Shown in pieces: positions 36,750 through 47,270 of a stretch of 64,000 nucleotides of DNA. The position numbers were made by a program, and so were the translations under genes. This stretch comes from a virus. Under the pieces are notes generated by a model. The model was given only the letters and a program-made list of their open reading frames with translations. It was not told the DNA's origin and did no database searches. The stretch covers positions 1 to 64,000 of the IMG/VR virus record IMGVR_UViG_3300042938_002732; one strand, given 5' to 3'. Positions within the stretch are counted from its first letter, which is position 1; each line of letters begins with the position of its first letter.

Positions 36750-37258
36750 AAAAATTTACGGGGGCTTGGGAGGTGCGCGGCGGCCTGAATGGCGTGCAGG
36801 GGTCGAACATGGTCGAGAAGGACATGGAGGGGAATCCCAAGAAAAAAGTGGGCAACGATAAGCTCATCGTCACGGTGGGGCGGGGCACGGTGAATGGCTT
36901 TGAACCGATCGTGAATGGCAGGCCGATCAGTGGCACGGGCGCCGATGGTCGCTTGATGCAGGGCGGTCAGCCGCAGATCGAGGGGCCGCTGGAGTTTGAC
37001 GAGTTTTACCGCTGCTATGTGTGCATCAAAATCAAAATAAATCGATCCACAGGCAAGATGCCCACGCCTCCAGCGGAGGATGATCTCACGGTCGTGATCT
37101 CCAAGGGCACACGGCTCGGGCACTCCTACGGCAACGAATACTGGCTGCACCCGATCGCGACATTTTCCAAGTCGGGGGTTCTCGCGCAGGTGGCCTACTT
37201 CGACTATATGCACTACGTGAGCAATGCTGGCCGCTACCACTATTTTGCCGCCATATGA
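36746..37258 (+). CDS. tail-associated protein, paralog set Y copy 2
   Basis: RGTVNGFEP, GGQP, VCIKI, AQVAYFD. Confidence 0.65.
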   Translation: MKKFTGAWEVRGGLNGVQGSNMVEKDMEGNPKKKVGNDKLIVTVGRGTVNGFEPIVNGRPISGTGADGRLMQGGQPQIEGPLEFDEFYRCYVCIKIKINRSTGKMPTPPAEDDLTVVISKGTRLGHSYGNEYWLHPIATFSKSGVLAQVAYFDYMHYVSNAGRYHYFAAI

Positions 37259-38379
37259 TTATTCGCCCAAGGAAAAAGACCAAAAACACAGTGGACTCGG
37301 GCGCGGGCGTGGGCACCCGCTCGTATGGGGCCAAAAACATCTTCTACGCCCGCGACGGGGTGCAGGTGCGCGAGCGCAAACTCGGCGACCGTATCCTCTA
37401 CAGCGCGGAGGCCCCGGGCAAGTGGATTCACCCATGGTTTACGACGGTGGGGTGGTTCACGGAGGAGTCGGGGGCGCTTAAAAACAACAAGGGTGTGGCG
37501 ATCTCGGGATTCGCTGCTGTGGTGAAACCGGGCTTTGTGAATGGTATAGACCCGGTGTGCCCTGGTTCGCAGAAGATTAAGGTGGGCCAAAAGGAGACTT
37601 CCAGCGACCTTCTGGGCGGCGGCGACGCGCAGGATATACTGGAAGAGCCGGGGTTGATGGACGGGCCGTTGATTCCGTTTTTTGATACTTTTGGGCTGAT
37701 GAGCAGAGGTATACCGGCGGGGCTCACGGACTTGGGTGCCGTGCCTTACGTGGGATCTGAGTCTTTAAGTGGGAATGCGAGTTCTGGATATACGATCAAG
37801 CAAACTCTGCTTGGGTCGTTTGATTCGAGCGAAAGGTATGTCGCGTCGAGCGACATCTACCTGCAATGTGCGCGCCCAACGTCGCAAATGGATGTTTCGA
37901 CCTATAACTATCCGTTTGAAGCGATCGAATACAATGTATCCTTCAATACGAGTGTGCTGGATCGGCTGGGTATCAGGGCTGGCCTGCGCGTAGGCTCGAT
38001 GCCTCCGAACCTGAAGCCAACGATTATGGATAAGCTCTTTGGGACGGGTTATACGGATCCTGGCATCGATTGCTTTTTGATTGCTACGGTCTATCTCCTC
38101 TCGCCCGAGAATCCCGAGATGGGCGCCATGGGGCCGATAGTCACCGAGGCGTGGGTGCCATACGTCAAGCACCATACCTTCTGGAATCTGGAATACCGCT
38201 GGAAGCTGGTCGTGCCGGTGAACAAGCCTGCAAAAACAGACTTGTCGCTCTTGCCGATCACGGGTCGCTACACGCTGGCGGGCCAGGGAATGTTGGCGGC
38301 AGGGGGCTCTGAGTTGAATCGGCTCATGGCGGCGGTCTTTAATGCCAAAAACACAGAGGGAAAATTCTGGACGATATGA
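37255..38379 (+). CDS. tail-associated protein, distant set Y member
   Basis: HPW, PGFVNGIDP; ATGA coupling. Confidence 0.6.
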   Translation: MIIRPRKKTKNTVDSGAGVGTRSYGAKNIFYARDGVQVRERKLGDRILYSAEAPGKWIHPWFTTVGWFTEESGALKNNKGVAISGFAAVVKPGFVNGIDPVCPGSQKIKVGQKETSSDLLGGGDAQDILEEPGLMDGPLIPFFDTFGLMSRGIPAGLTDLGAVPYVGSESLSGNASSGYTIKQTLLGSFDSSERYVASSDIYLQCARPTSQMDVSTYNYPFEAIEYNVSFNTSVLDRLGIRAGLRVGSMPPNLKPTIMDKLFGTGYTDPGIDCFLIATVYLLSPENPEMGAMGPIVTEAWVPYVKHHTFWNLEYRWKLVVPVNKPAKTDLSLLPITGRYTLAGQGMLAAGGSELNRLMAAVFNAKNTEGKFWTI

Positions 38380-38579
38380 GTCTGAATAAAGATGCCGTAT
38401 CCAAGGTGGAGTATCTCAAGAGCCTGCGTCCGGCGGCGGCGCTGGATGTTGATTTCCCGTTTTTTCATGAGTGGGCGCGGAAGACTGAAAGTTTGGGCGA
38501 TGCGGGGTGGAGCGGTAAGTCTCCTTCTGGCTTCGACCCGGCGTATTATGAGGCCGAAATCTCGCTGCCTCTGCCATAG
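38376..38579 (+). CDS. hypothetical protein
   Basis: ATGA coupling; 67 aa. Confidence 0.55.
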   Translation: MSLNKDAVSKVEYLKSLRPAAALDVDFPFFHEWARKTESLGDAGWSGKSPSGFDPAYYEAEISLPLP

Positions 38580-38600
38580 TTGACGTTTGGTGGGGGCAGG

Positions 38601-41600
38601 ATGGCTTCCAACGAGTATATTTACGCGAACCTCAGCACGCGCGAAGCGACGGGATCGACGGGTTCCCCGCTGACTTTTTCTTGGGTGGCGGGGCAGAGCG
38701 TGTCCTACGCGCTGCGGTTTTTGCAGCGGGATAGTGCGGGAGCGCTTGGTGAGACGGGGCTCGATATCCTGAGTCTGCGCGCAGCGATCGGGCGCGAGGG
38801 GGCTTGGCCCGAGAGCGGGTGGTATAAAATAAAGGTGGGTTTTGCGCCTTCCGACTCCGCGAATACCACGGAGAGAATTGATTTTAATGCCGGGGCGCTC
38901 GATGTGGAGGAGGCTCTCAATGCGCTCACGGGCAAGCCTGCCGAATTCCGCTGCGATGAGGGGGCGAATACCGTCTTGATCCGCCGCGTAGATGGTGGGG
39001 AAGTGACGCTCTCTGTGGTGGGCGATGGGCTGAGGCCGACTTCTTTTGGTAAAATACTTGGCGGCAGGAGATTCCCAGAGCGAAAGGCGCGGCTGTCGCT
39101 GGGTGGTGGCAGTGGATTGACCTTCGTCAGTAGGTTGGAGGGCGAGGCGGGTAATGGGATTTCCGTGCAATATGTGGCTCCGAGCACGCTGAATGCCGCA
39201 ATGTCGGTGACTGTTGCTGGCAACAAGATCACGGTGGGCCTGTCGCGGGCATCGGGGGAGCTTACGGCGACGGCGGCGACAATCAAGGCAGCGGTGGAGG
39301 CCAGTGTGGAGGCGAGTGCCTTGGTGGGGGTGGTGATCCTCGATACGGGGCTCAGTGTTGCGGCGGCGCAGGCCGAGGCATTTCTCTCGGGGGGCATGAA
39401 CCCGAGTGGCTACGAATACTCACTACAGCTGGCTCAGGCACCTGTGGTCTTTACGGACTGGGCAACGCGCAATCTACCGGCCGCGCCGGTCGTAACAAGA
39501 ATTCAAACTGGAGGCCGGGTAGACGCCGGTTTTGTCACTACAATCTGGAATACAATTCAGGCCCTCTCCGTGCCGACAGATTTTCGCGGGGCGTATCAAT
39601 TCAAGCGCGGGCTGAAGCGCTCCTCGCTGGTGAGTAAGGATGATGGCACGGTGGCGATCGCGCGGATTCTCAACGCTCTGCTGGCTGAGGAGGGCGGCAC
39701 TGTGGTGGTGACAAACCCGAACAACAATGTGGCGCATATCGAGTTTGGCGGCACTTTTGCGGGCTACGACATTGCGAATCTGGAAATTGCGGTCTACTCC
39801 ACGCCTCCCCCGGACTATGTTTTCAGTCTCGACTTGGGGAGCGCGGATTTGGCGGAAATGCTGCAGGACAAGGAAAGTGTCACGCTGCCCTTTGAGGTGG
39901 AAGCCACGGTGTGGGAGGATGTGAGCGACCCGACTCTGGGCACGAAGGTCATCAAGCTTTGGAAGACCACGGCGGCGATCAAGCGTAATGTGCTCTGGGA
40001 TGCGCTGGCAGTGCGCCCGCCGATTGATTGGCTGCGCAGGCCCATGCCTGTGGACTATGTGCCGTTCGCGGGCACGCAATTTCTTGTCGGCCAGCAGGCG
40101 GCTTACACGACAGTGATTGGCAACGGGAGCACAAAAGTTTTCTCGGTGGCTCACGGTTTGGGCGGCGGGCTGGAGCAGGTGGGGCAGAGCGTGATTTACA
40201 GGGACGAGGGGGTGGTCTCGGTGGATGTGAGGGAGAACAAGGCCTCGGGTCGCCAACTGCGGGATGATGAGTATGTGCTACGATTTGTCTCGGCGGGCAG
40301 TGTTTCTCTGGAGTTTGACGAGCCGCCCGATGAGGATGGCTTGGTGGTGGTCGTGCTCGGCTACGGGCAGGAAAGCGCCTTTACGAGCCACACGCACCCC
40401 ATCGACCAGATCAAGACAATCGGCTTTGACGGGGCTACTGGCGAGTCGCTGCGCGTGATTTTGGAGGACTTCCAGCGCCGTATAGCGCGCTTGGAACTAT
40501 TGATTCCACGAGGCAGCATAAGCCTCGGGAGTGGGTTGGAGAAGAAAAAGACGCAGATTCCGGCGATCGGCGAGATACTGCCGGATATAGCGATGGAAGG
40601 CGGTGAGGGCGAGCCGCTCTCGCTGGCGAGCCAGATCATCGCGCCCGCGCTCAAAGGCGATGCGCCGAGGGTCGTGGCTGGCACGGAGCTGGAAGACCAG
40701 AAGAAACTTTTCGATGCCGAGTTGCTGCGGGTCAAGGCCGAGGCGGCAGCAGAGCTCAAGGCCGCGCAGGAGGCCGCCAACAAGGCGGCTGAGGAGGTGA
40801 AAGTGAAGGTGGATCAAGAGGCTGCGCAAAAGAAAACCAGCATGATCTCTCGCGTTTCGATCGCCGAATTTGCCACGCGCCTCACGGCGACTGGCACGGC
40901 ATCGCTCGTCGCATTGCCCAATCTTTATCCCTCTATGCGCAACGGCAAATACGCCTGGTTGCTTCCTGCTATTCATGATGCGGTCGCGCAGGATGTGTCG
41001 GCACTGCCGACGGCTGCAGCGGGAAATGTGTATCGCAATGCGGGGTCGCTGCCACTCGTGCTGCCTGGCGGTGGCGGGCGCAAGGGGCAGAGTGTGCCTG
41101 CGGGCGGATTTTTCGGTGGCGACGGGCGCGCTCTCTATGCGCTGCGGCGGGCAGGCACGACCACGAGCTACCACCCGATCGAGATGGAGCGCGAGCTCAT
41201 TCGCTTGGTGGTGCGCGAGGGTCAGTTCCCGCTGGCCTCCGAGTTGAGCCTCGCGTGGCAACTAAATCTTTCCTTCCTGACTGAGACGCTGGTCGCGGGG
41301 GCGGGGTATCTCATGCCGGTAGAGGTGGCTCCCCTCCCCTCGGCCAGCACACCCGCTACCACGGGCGCAAATGTGGGTGCTGTCGGACAGGCCGTGCTCC
41401 TGGCCTCGCCGCGCATCGGATTTTCCAGAGGCGTCTCGGAGACGCGGCAATTCTCGCTCAAGCTCGCTCGCAAGCTCAACGAAAGCGGGCAGCCTGTCGG
41501 CACAAGTCAATTCACCGATTACGTCGAGTCGATCGGGCTGGAATTCCCCCAAGGGGACTTCCTGCTCACTGTGCGCTTGGTGCAATGGGATGTGGATGAC

Positions 41601-41675
41601 AGCACACCTGTGCCGACTGGCCAGGTTGGCGTCTTGATGCCTGCCACTCAGATGACAGTGGAGCAAACGATATGA
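38601..41675 (+). CDS. large tail/baseplate structural protein
   Basis: 1024 aa from ATG 38601 (GTTGAC 16 nt upstream); C-terminal domain paralogous to the next gene. Confidence 0.7.
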   Translation: MASNEYIYANLSTREATGSTGSPLTFSWVAGQSVSYALRFLQRDSAGALGETGLDILSLRAAIGREGAWPESGWYKIKVGFAPSDSANTTERIDFNAGALDVEEALNALTGKPAEFRCDEGANTVLIRRVDGGEVTLSVVGDGLRPTSFGKILGGRRFPERKARLSLGGGSGLTFVSRLEGEAGNGISVQYVAPSTLNAAMSVTVAGNKITVGLSRASGELTATAATIKAAVEASVEASALVGVVILDTGLSVAAAQAEAFLSGGMNPSGYEYSLQLAQAPVVFTDWATRNLPAAPVVTRIQTGGRVDAGFVTTIWNTIQALSVPTDFRGAYQFKRGLKRSSLVSKDDGTVAIARILNALLAEEGGTVVVTNPNNNVAHIEFGGTFAGYDIANLEIAVYSTPPPDYVFSLDLGSADLAEMLQDKESVTLPFEVEATVWEDVSDPTLGTKVIKLWKTTAAIKRNVLWDALAVRPPIDWLRRPMPVDYVPFAGTQFLVGQQAAYTTVIGNGSTKVFSVAHGLGGGLEQVGQSVIYRDEGVVSVDVRENKASGRQLRDDEYVLRFVSAGSVSLEFDEPPDEDGLVVVVLGYGQESAFTSHTHPIDQIKTIGFDGATGESLRVILEDFQRRIARLELLIPRGSISLGSGLEKKKTQIPAIGEILPDIAMEGGEGEPLSLASQIIAPALKGDAPRVVAGTELEDQKKLFDAELLRVKAEAAAELKAAQEAANKAAEEVKVKVDQEAAQKKTSMISRVSIAEFATRLTATGTASLVALPNLYPSMRNGKYAWLLPAIHDAVAQDVSALPTAAAGNVYRNAGSLPLVLPGGGGRKGQSVPAGGFFGGDGRALYALRRAGTTTSYHPIEMERELIRLVVREGQFPLASELSLAWQLNLSFLTETLVAGAGYLMPVEVAPLPSASTPATTGANVGAVGQAVLLASPRIGFSRGVSETRQFSLKLARKLNESGQPVGTSQFTDYVESIGLEFPQGDFLLTVRLVQWDVDDSTPVPTGQVGVLMPATQMTVEQTI

Positions 41676-42745
41676 TTATAAGTTCCATGAAATCGATCGA
41701 GTCGGTGCCGGTTCCTGCCTTGGGGCTGCTGCCCGCGATTCACGATGCCGAGGCAGAGGAAGTGCCGCTGGTTGATGGGTTGCCAGTCCTGCCGCTGGCT
41801 GAAGCCTGCAAGGGCCGCATTTTTCGCAACCAGACGGCCAAGGCGATCACGCTCCCGCAGACGAGTAGGTGGCCGGCACGCAGCCTGGAGGCGGGCGGCG
41901 TCTTCGGGAGCGATGGGCGGCTCTTCTACAAGGTGCGCCAGAAGCTGGGAACGACGAGTTACTACCCTGAGACTTTTGAGCGCACGCTCTATACTTTTGC
42001 CTTCTCGCCGCAGAGTTTCTCGGTCGGATCGGAATTTGAGCTCTCGCGGCTTTTTTATTTCCGCCTGCTGGCTAATACCTCCTCTGCGGTGTGGAGCGTG
42101 ATCTTCGAGATCGGCGTGCGCGCTGCCCAGGTAACTCCTACGCTGGTGCTCACGATGCCGGGCACGCTCACCAGTGGCTCGGCGAATGTCGCGATCTCCG
42201 ATCCTCAGCTTGGGAGCCTTTTTTACCGCATGGTCGTGGCGGGTGATGGTATCTCCAGCGGCCTCGATGGCACGACCTATATCAAGAGCATAGACCTCGC
42301 CACCAGCACGCTTGTGCTGAGCCGGGCGGCCACGCAGAGCGGGGTAGAGGCACTCACCTTTACGGCTCCCCTGGGGCCAAACTTGGGTGATTTCCTTTGG
42401 CTGCCGCCTCTCATGGAGCAGGAGGTGCTCCTTACGGAGATGAAAACGGTAAATCCCATGGGCATCTGGATCAAGAACTGGGGCGACAAAAATGTGCTGG
42501 GGCCGGATGGCACCACCGCGCCCGACCAGTATCGCAATGATCTCGGCTACCAAGGCTATGCCAAGGCCTTTGACAAGGCGACTCCCGTGCCACTCGACTC
42601 CCTCCCAACCGACGGTGACTTCCTGCTGCGCGCGCGCATAGGCCAGTTTGACACCGAAAACAGCGTAGCCGACCCGAAGGGCTACGCCGCCTACATGGTG
42701 CGCGCGATCGATGATGAAGAGGATCCGGCAGCCTCGATGACTTAG
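41672..42745 (+). CDS. tail structural protein
   Basis: LLPAIHDA, AGGVFGSDGR, TTSYYP..ER shared with the upstream gene. Confidence 0.65.
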   Translation: MIISSMKSIESVPVPALGLLPAIHDAEAEEVPLVDGLPVLPLAEACKGRIFRNQTAKAITLPQTSRWPARSLEAGGVFGSDGRLFYKVRQKLGTTSYYPETFERTLYTFAFSPQSFSVGSEFELSRLFYFRLLANTSSAVWSVIFEIGVRAAQVTPTLVLTMPGTLTSGSANVAISDPQLGSLFYRMVVAGDGISSGLDGTTYIKSIDLATSTLVLSRAATQSGVEALTFTAPLGPNLGDFLWLPPLMEQEVLLTEMKTVNPMGIWIKNWGDKNVLGPDGTTAPDQYRNDLGYQGYAKAFDKATPVPLDSLPTDGDFLLRARIGQFDTENSVADPKGYAAYMVRAIDDEEDPAASMT

Positions 42746-42767
42746 AGTTGACTATTTGATCGAGCGT

Positions 42768-43574
42768 ATGGCTGTTCCAGTAATCAGTAAGACGGCGGGG
42801 GTGTTGGCTTACGCGGTGGGGCGGGATTTTGTGTTCCAGCTCGCAGCGGAAAATGACCCTGTGGCATGGCGGATCGGGGAAGCGCAGCAATTGCCTCCTG
42901 GGGTGTTTTTTTCGCCGGTGTCAGGCACGCTCTCGGGCGCTGGCACTTCTCCTGGCGTATGGGGACTGACTTTTGTGGCGAGCAATGCGGATGGGGACTC
43001 CTCGCCGGAGACTTTCACGGTGGGGGTCTACGATGTGGGTGGGCAAACGGAATACTCGAAACGGGTGCTGATCAATTTGAAGACGCTGGCGGTGACATGC
43101 GATGACCCGGCGGCGGTGGACTCGGAGAGTGCGCTGGGGGCTGCGGCGGGCCAGGTGCGCTATGGGGATGAGGTGGTTTTCCAGATGGTGTTTACCGATG
43201 GGACGATCGCGGCGGGCACGGGCGCGAGTGCGATCTACTCGGAAATCTCGCCAAATATTCGGATGGCGCGGTTTTCGATGAAGGGGAATGAGACGGAGCC
43301 GACATTTTTTGTGACCCCGCCGCCTGCTTTCAAGCGCAGCGCGGAATATGAGGCAGGTGAATATCGCACGACATATTATGTTTTCGCCCATATCGCGGGA
43401 TCGGCATTGCAGTCGTATCTTGGAGATTTTGAAAATGATGCGGGGACGCAGGCGAATGTGATTTGCGAGTTTGAGATCGAGTTTGACCGCCCGGCGGGGG
43501 CGAGCGGCCCGCTGATAACCCGCGTGACAACCCAACCTTTCCTGCTTCGCGTGAGCAGGGATTTGATCTCGTAG
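42768..43574 (+). CDS. Ig-like domain plus baseplate-upper-like domain protein
   Basis: LPPGV...SGTLSG putative Ig (He_PIG-like) repeat; GTTGAC 15 nt upstream. Confidence 0.65.
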   Translation: MAVPVISKTAGVLAYAVGRDFVFQLAAENDPVAWRIGEAQQLPPGVFFSPVSGTLSGAGTSPGVWGLTFVASNADGDSSPETFTVGVYDVGGQTEYSKRVLINLKTLAVTCDDPAAVDSESALGAAAGQVRYGDEVVFQMVFTDGTIAAGTGASAIYSEISPNIRMARFSMKGNETEPTFFVTPPPAFKRSAEYEAGEYRTTYYVFAHIAGSALQSYLGDFENDAGTQANVICEFEIEFDRPAGASGPLITRVTTQPFLLRVSRDLIS

Positions 43575-43575
43575 C

Positions 43576-46500
43576 ATGGGCGTCATCACATCCGGGCAAA
43601 CGCTGACTGGCAAAGTCGGCGTGGCGTTTTCTCAAACGCCTGCCTACACCGGAACGTTCTCCGCAAGCAATCCATGGGTATTGCAAACCAGTTTACCGCT
43701 TGGGCTGACGTTGAATTCATTGAGTGGGCTGATTTCCGGAACGCCGACGCAAAAAGGCAACTTTACTTCAGCGTTGCTGAGTTACATAGAAAACACTGAC
43801 ATCGCTTGCGGAACAGATGTAGGATTTAGGCTTTTTGGCGATAGGGTGCTGGGAGTGATTTACCGATCCAGCAATCTCCCAGAGGCGAATATCCCTAGCA
43901 CATTGCAAAGTGGCGTCACAGCTATTTCGGGGACGCATTATCATTTCCTTGCGTTAAAGAGTGATGGCACGGTTGTTTCTTGGGGGAGAGGCAATGCGGT
44001 GGTGCCGCCATTATCTAATGTTGTAGCCGTTTCAGCGGGGTATTACCAATCGATTGCGTTAAAGGCAGACGGCACTGTGATCGGATGGGGCGAGACATTT
44101 GGCACTTATGTCCCTCCTGCTGTTCCTGATGGCCTTGCAGGGGTAATTGCAATTTCGGCAGGGAGTCATAATCTTGCGCTCAAAAGCGATGGAACAGTTG
44201 TTGGGTGGGGGTATAGTGGAAGCTTTGCGGAGAATGTCCCAGCGGGATTGAGCGATGTAATAAAAATATCAGCAGGCGCGGTTCATTCGTTGGCGTTAAA
44301 AAGCAATGGTGAAGTTGTTGCATGGGGGGGGAATTCTTACGGGCAAAGTTCCGTTCCTGCTGATGCGAAGTCGGGGGTAATTGCGATTGCGGCGGGAGCT
44401 AGGCATTCTCTTGCATTAAAAAACAATGGGCAGGTGATTAGTTGGGGGGAGCAAATCCCCAACTCTGGCGTTCCGTCGGCCTTTAGTGGATCTCCGCCTA
44501 CTCTTCCGGCGATAAAAATTGCGGCAGGCGGGTTTTCGATGGCTATTTCAGTGAATGGCACAAATCAGTTTGCGAATCCCGTATACCACTGGGGGATGTC
44601 CGCAAACACCAGCGGGAGCTCATTTCAAAATTCGCAAGAGACGGCCGCTACGACTATCGCCTTCTCGATCGCGGATGGCGTGCCAATCATTACAGCGGGG
44701 CAGACTGCATCCGGAACCGTTGGCACGGCGTTTACCAAGACATTTTCGCTCACCGACAGCGCGAACCGCCCTGTGACGAGCTGGAGTGCGACAGGGCTGC
44801 CAAGCTGGGCAACGCTGAATACGACCACGGGAGCGATCACGGGCACGCCGCAGGATAGCGGGAGTGCGACGATCACGCTGACGGCGACAGGGCCTGGGGG
44901 CTCGGATACGCAGACGGCGACAATTTCGATCGCGGTGGGGCCGCCGATTATTACGGCTGGGCAGAGCTTTACGGGCAAGGTTGGCGTGGCGTTTTCCCAA
45001 ACTCCTGCTCTTGATGACGCGCTGGATCGGCCCGCGACCTCTTGGGGCGTGACGGGGCTGCCAGCAGGGCTGGCGCTCAATACGACCACGGGCGCGATCA
45101 CGGGCGCGCCGACGGCCAAGGGATCATTTACAGCGAGCTTCACGGCCACGGGCGGCGGGGGCACGGGCACCGCAACAAGTGTGAGCTTCACAATCGCCGA
45201 GGGCGTGCCGATTATCACGGCGGGGCAGACTGCTTCCGGAACCGTTGGCACGGCGTTCAGCAAGACATTTTCGCTCACCGACAGCGCGAACCGCCCTGTG
45301 ACGAGCTGGAGTGCGACGGGGTTGCCGAGTTGGGCAACGCTGAATACCTCGACAGGTGCGATCACGGGGGCGCCCCAGGATAGCGGGAGTGCGACGATCT
45401 CGCTCACGGCCACAGGTCCTGGGGGCTCGGATACGGAGACGGCGACAATTTCGATCGCGGTGGGGCCGCCGATTATTACGGCTGGGCAGAGCTTTACGGG
45501 CAAGGTGGGTGTGGCGTTTTCCCAAACTCCTGCTCTTGAAGATGCCTTGGATCGGCCTGCGACTTCTTGGGCGCGGACGAGTGGCGCGCTCCCTACAGGG
45601 CTGGCGCTGAATACCAGCACAGGAGCGATTACCGGAACGCCGACAGCCAAGGGCTCGTTCACGGCTACCTTCACGGCCACGGGCGGCGGCGGCACAAGTG
45701 CGGCGACGAGCTTGAGTTTCACGATTGCGGAGGGTGTGCCGTTGATTGTCTCCGGGCAGGGGTTTTCTGCTTTTCTGAATAGTTATTTCAAGCGGGATGT
45801 GGCGCTGGAAAATGAAGCGAATCGCTCGGTGACGGGGTGGAGTGTCTCGGGAGCGGTGTGGGCGCAAGTCTCGGCGTCAGGGGAGATTTTTGGAACGCCA
45901 GTGGATAGTGGGGACTTCACGCTGGTGGTGACGGCAACAGGTCCGGGCGGCACGGATACAGAAGAGGTATCTGTCTTGGTGCGGGCAGGAGGCAAGGTGG
46001 TCTTCCAAGTGCCGAAGTTTGATAGCCCGCCGGTGCCTACGAATGATATCTTGGTGCGTGGTGGGGAGTATATTTATGGCCGGTGGACGGGAAAGGGAGC
46101 GATCCCCCCTGGTATAAATTGGGTGGGCATGGAAGAGGGTCTTCGTTTCTGGGGCACGCCGACGCGCACGGGGCAGTGGGAAGCGGAGTTCGAGGGGCCG
46201 TATCCAGCAAATTTCGAGAGTGATCTGACGCAGGGGGGCTCGGGTGTGCCGCCGCTGCGCCTGGATGCGGGGGATGTGCCGGAGGAGATCGTAGTGTCGA
46301 AATTCACATTGCAGTTTGAGGCGGTGGAGCAGACGGGATATACCTACGGGCAGGTATTGAAGGAGCTTTTCTCGAACCCGAGCGGCACGCAGACGGCGCG
46401 GCGATTGTCTTGGAGTGGGTCGCGGTGCATTGGCGCGCGGGGGTTGAGTCCGGTGGTGCTGGAGAGCGGTGTGGCGGCGGCGGTGGATTTGAGTGTAGCG

Positions 46501-46761
46501 ACAAGCGGCAAGCCGAAGGCGGGGCTATGGCTGTATGCGGCGCCTGCAAACGCGGCGGTTCCCGAGGGAGCGACAGCGCGAGGGATCCAGAATGGGGACT
46601 TGAACGAGAATGATTATTCGGCGGCGGATTGGGTATTTTCGGAGGCGGTGGTGATCGATCGCTCTTATGGCGGGTGCTTGCTGACGGCGGGCGTGGGAGG
46701 CAGGAGCCTTTTGGATGGCGTGAAGCGGGCAGTGGCGGTGAATGGAGTGATCTCGATCTGA
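43576..46761 (+). CDS. RCC1-repeat plus putative Ig (He_PIG-like) repeat adhesin/fibre, copy 1
   Basis: Repeated AGxxHSLALKSDGTVVxWG and LPxGLxLNxxTGAITGTP. Confidence 0.85.
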   Translation: MGVITSGQTLTGKVGVAFSQTPAYTGTFSASNPWVLQTSLPLGLTLNSLSGLISGTPTQKGNFTSALLSYIENTDIACGTDVGFRLFGDRVLGVIYRSSNLPEANIPSTLQSGVTAISGTHYHFLALKSDGTVVSWGRGNAVVPPLSNVVAVSAGYYQSIALKADGTVIGWGETFGTYVPPAVPDGLAGVIAISAGSHNLALKSDGTVVGWGYSGSFAENVPAGLSDVIKISAGAVHSLALKSNGEVVAWGGNSYGQSSVPADAKSGVIAIAAGARHSLALKNNGQVISWGEQIPNSGVPSAFSGSPPTLPAIKIAAGGFSMAISVNGTNQFANPVYHWGMSANTSGSSFQNSQETAATTIAFSIADGVPIITAGQTASGTVGTAFTKTFSLTDSANRPVTSWSATGLPSWATLNTTTGAITGTPQDSGSATITLTATGPGGSDTQTATISIAVGPPIITAGQSFTGKVGVAFSQTPALDDALDRPATSWGVTGLPAGLALNTTTGAITGAPTAKGSFTASFTATGGGGTGTATSVSFTIAEGVPIITAGQTASGTVGTAFSKTFSLTDSANRPVTSWSATGLPSWATLNTSTGAITGAPQDSGSATISLTATGPGGSDTETATISIAVGPPIITAGQSFTGKVGVAFSQTPALEDALDRPATSWARTSGALPTGLALNTSTGAITGTPTAKGSFTATFTATGGGGTSAATSLSFTIAEGVPLIVSGQGFSAFLNSYFKRDVALENEANRSVTGWSVSGAVWAQVSASGEIFGTPVDSGDFTLVVTATGPGGTDTEEVSVLVRAGGKVVFQVPKFDSPPVPTNDILVRGGEYIYGRWTGKGAIPPGINWVGMEEGLRFWGTPTRTGQWEAEFEGPYPANFESDLTQGGSGVPPLRLDAGDVPEEIVVSKFTLQFEAVEQTGYTYGQVLKELFSNPSGTQTARRLSWSGSRCIGARGLSPVVLESGVAAAVDLSVATSGKPKAGLWLYAAPANAAVPEGATARGIQNGDLNENDYSAADWVFSEAVVIDRSYGGCLLTAGVGGRSLLDGVKRAVAVNGVISI

Positions 46762-46785
46762 GTTGACCGCGAGGCGCGGCGGTAT

Positions 46786-47184
46786 ATGAGCGCATTCTCT
46801 GACTTTCTTGAAAACAAGGTGCTGGACCACCTCATGGGCCGCACGACTTACACGGCCCCTGCGACGATTTATTTCGCTCTCTTTACGGCGTCTCCCTCGG
46901 ACAGTGGGGGTGGCACGGAGGCGACCGGTGGGGCGTATGCGCGCGTGGCGGTGACAAATGATGCGACGAACTGGCCTGCGGCGAGTAATGGCATTAAGCG
47001 CAATGCGAGTGTGATCACCTTCCCGGAGGCAACTGGAAACTGGGGCACGATCACGGCGATAGGGATCTACGATGCGGCCTCGGCGGGAAATCTCCTATTC
47101 TGGACGACGATCACGGCCCGCACAGTGGTGCAGGGCGATATTCCTCGCTTCAACGCCCAAGGCATCTCGATCTCGCTGAACTAA
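46786..47184 (+). CDS. conserved phage structural (tail) protein
   Basis: SDFLENKVLDH, ALFTA, GGAYAR, WGTIT..GIYDAA..GNLL pattern common in phage tail regions. Confidence 0.7.
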   Translation: MSAFSDFLENKVLDHLMGRTTYTAPATIYFALFTASPSDSGGGTEATGGAYARVAVTNDATNWPAASNGIKRNASVITFPEATGNWGTITAIGIYDAASAGNLLFWTTITARTVVQGDIPRFNAQGISISLN

Positions 47185-47270
47185 CGCCGGGGAGCCGAAA
47201 AGGCATGACAACCCGCGTGACAACCAAACCCTTCCTGCTTCGCGTGAGCAGGGATTTGATCGCTTAGGAT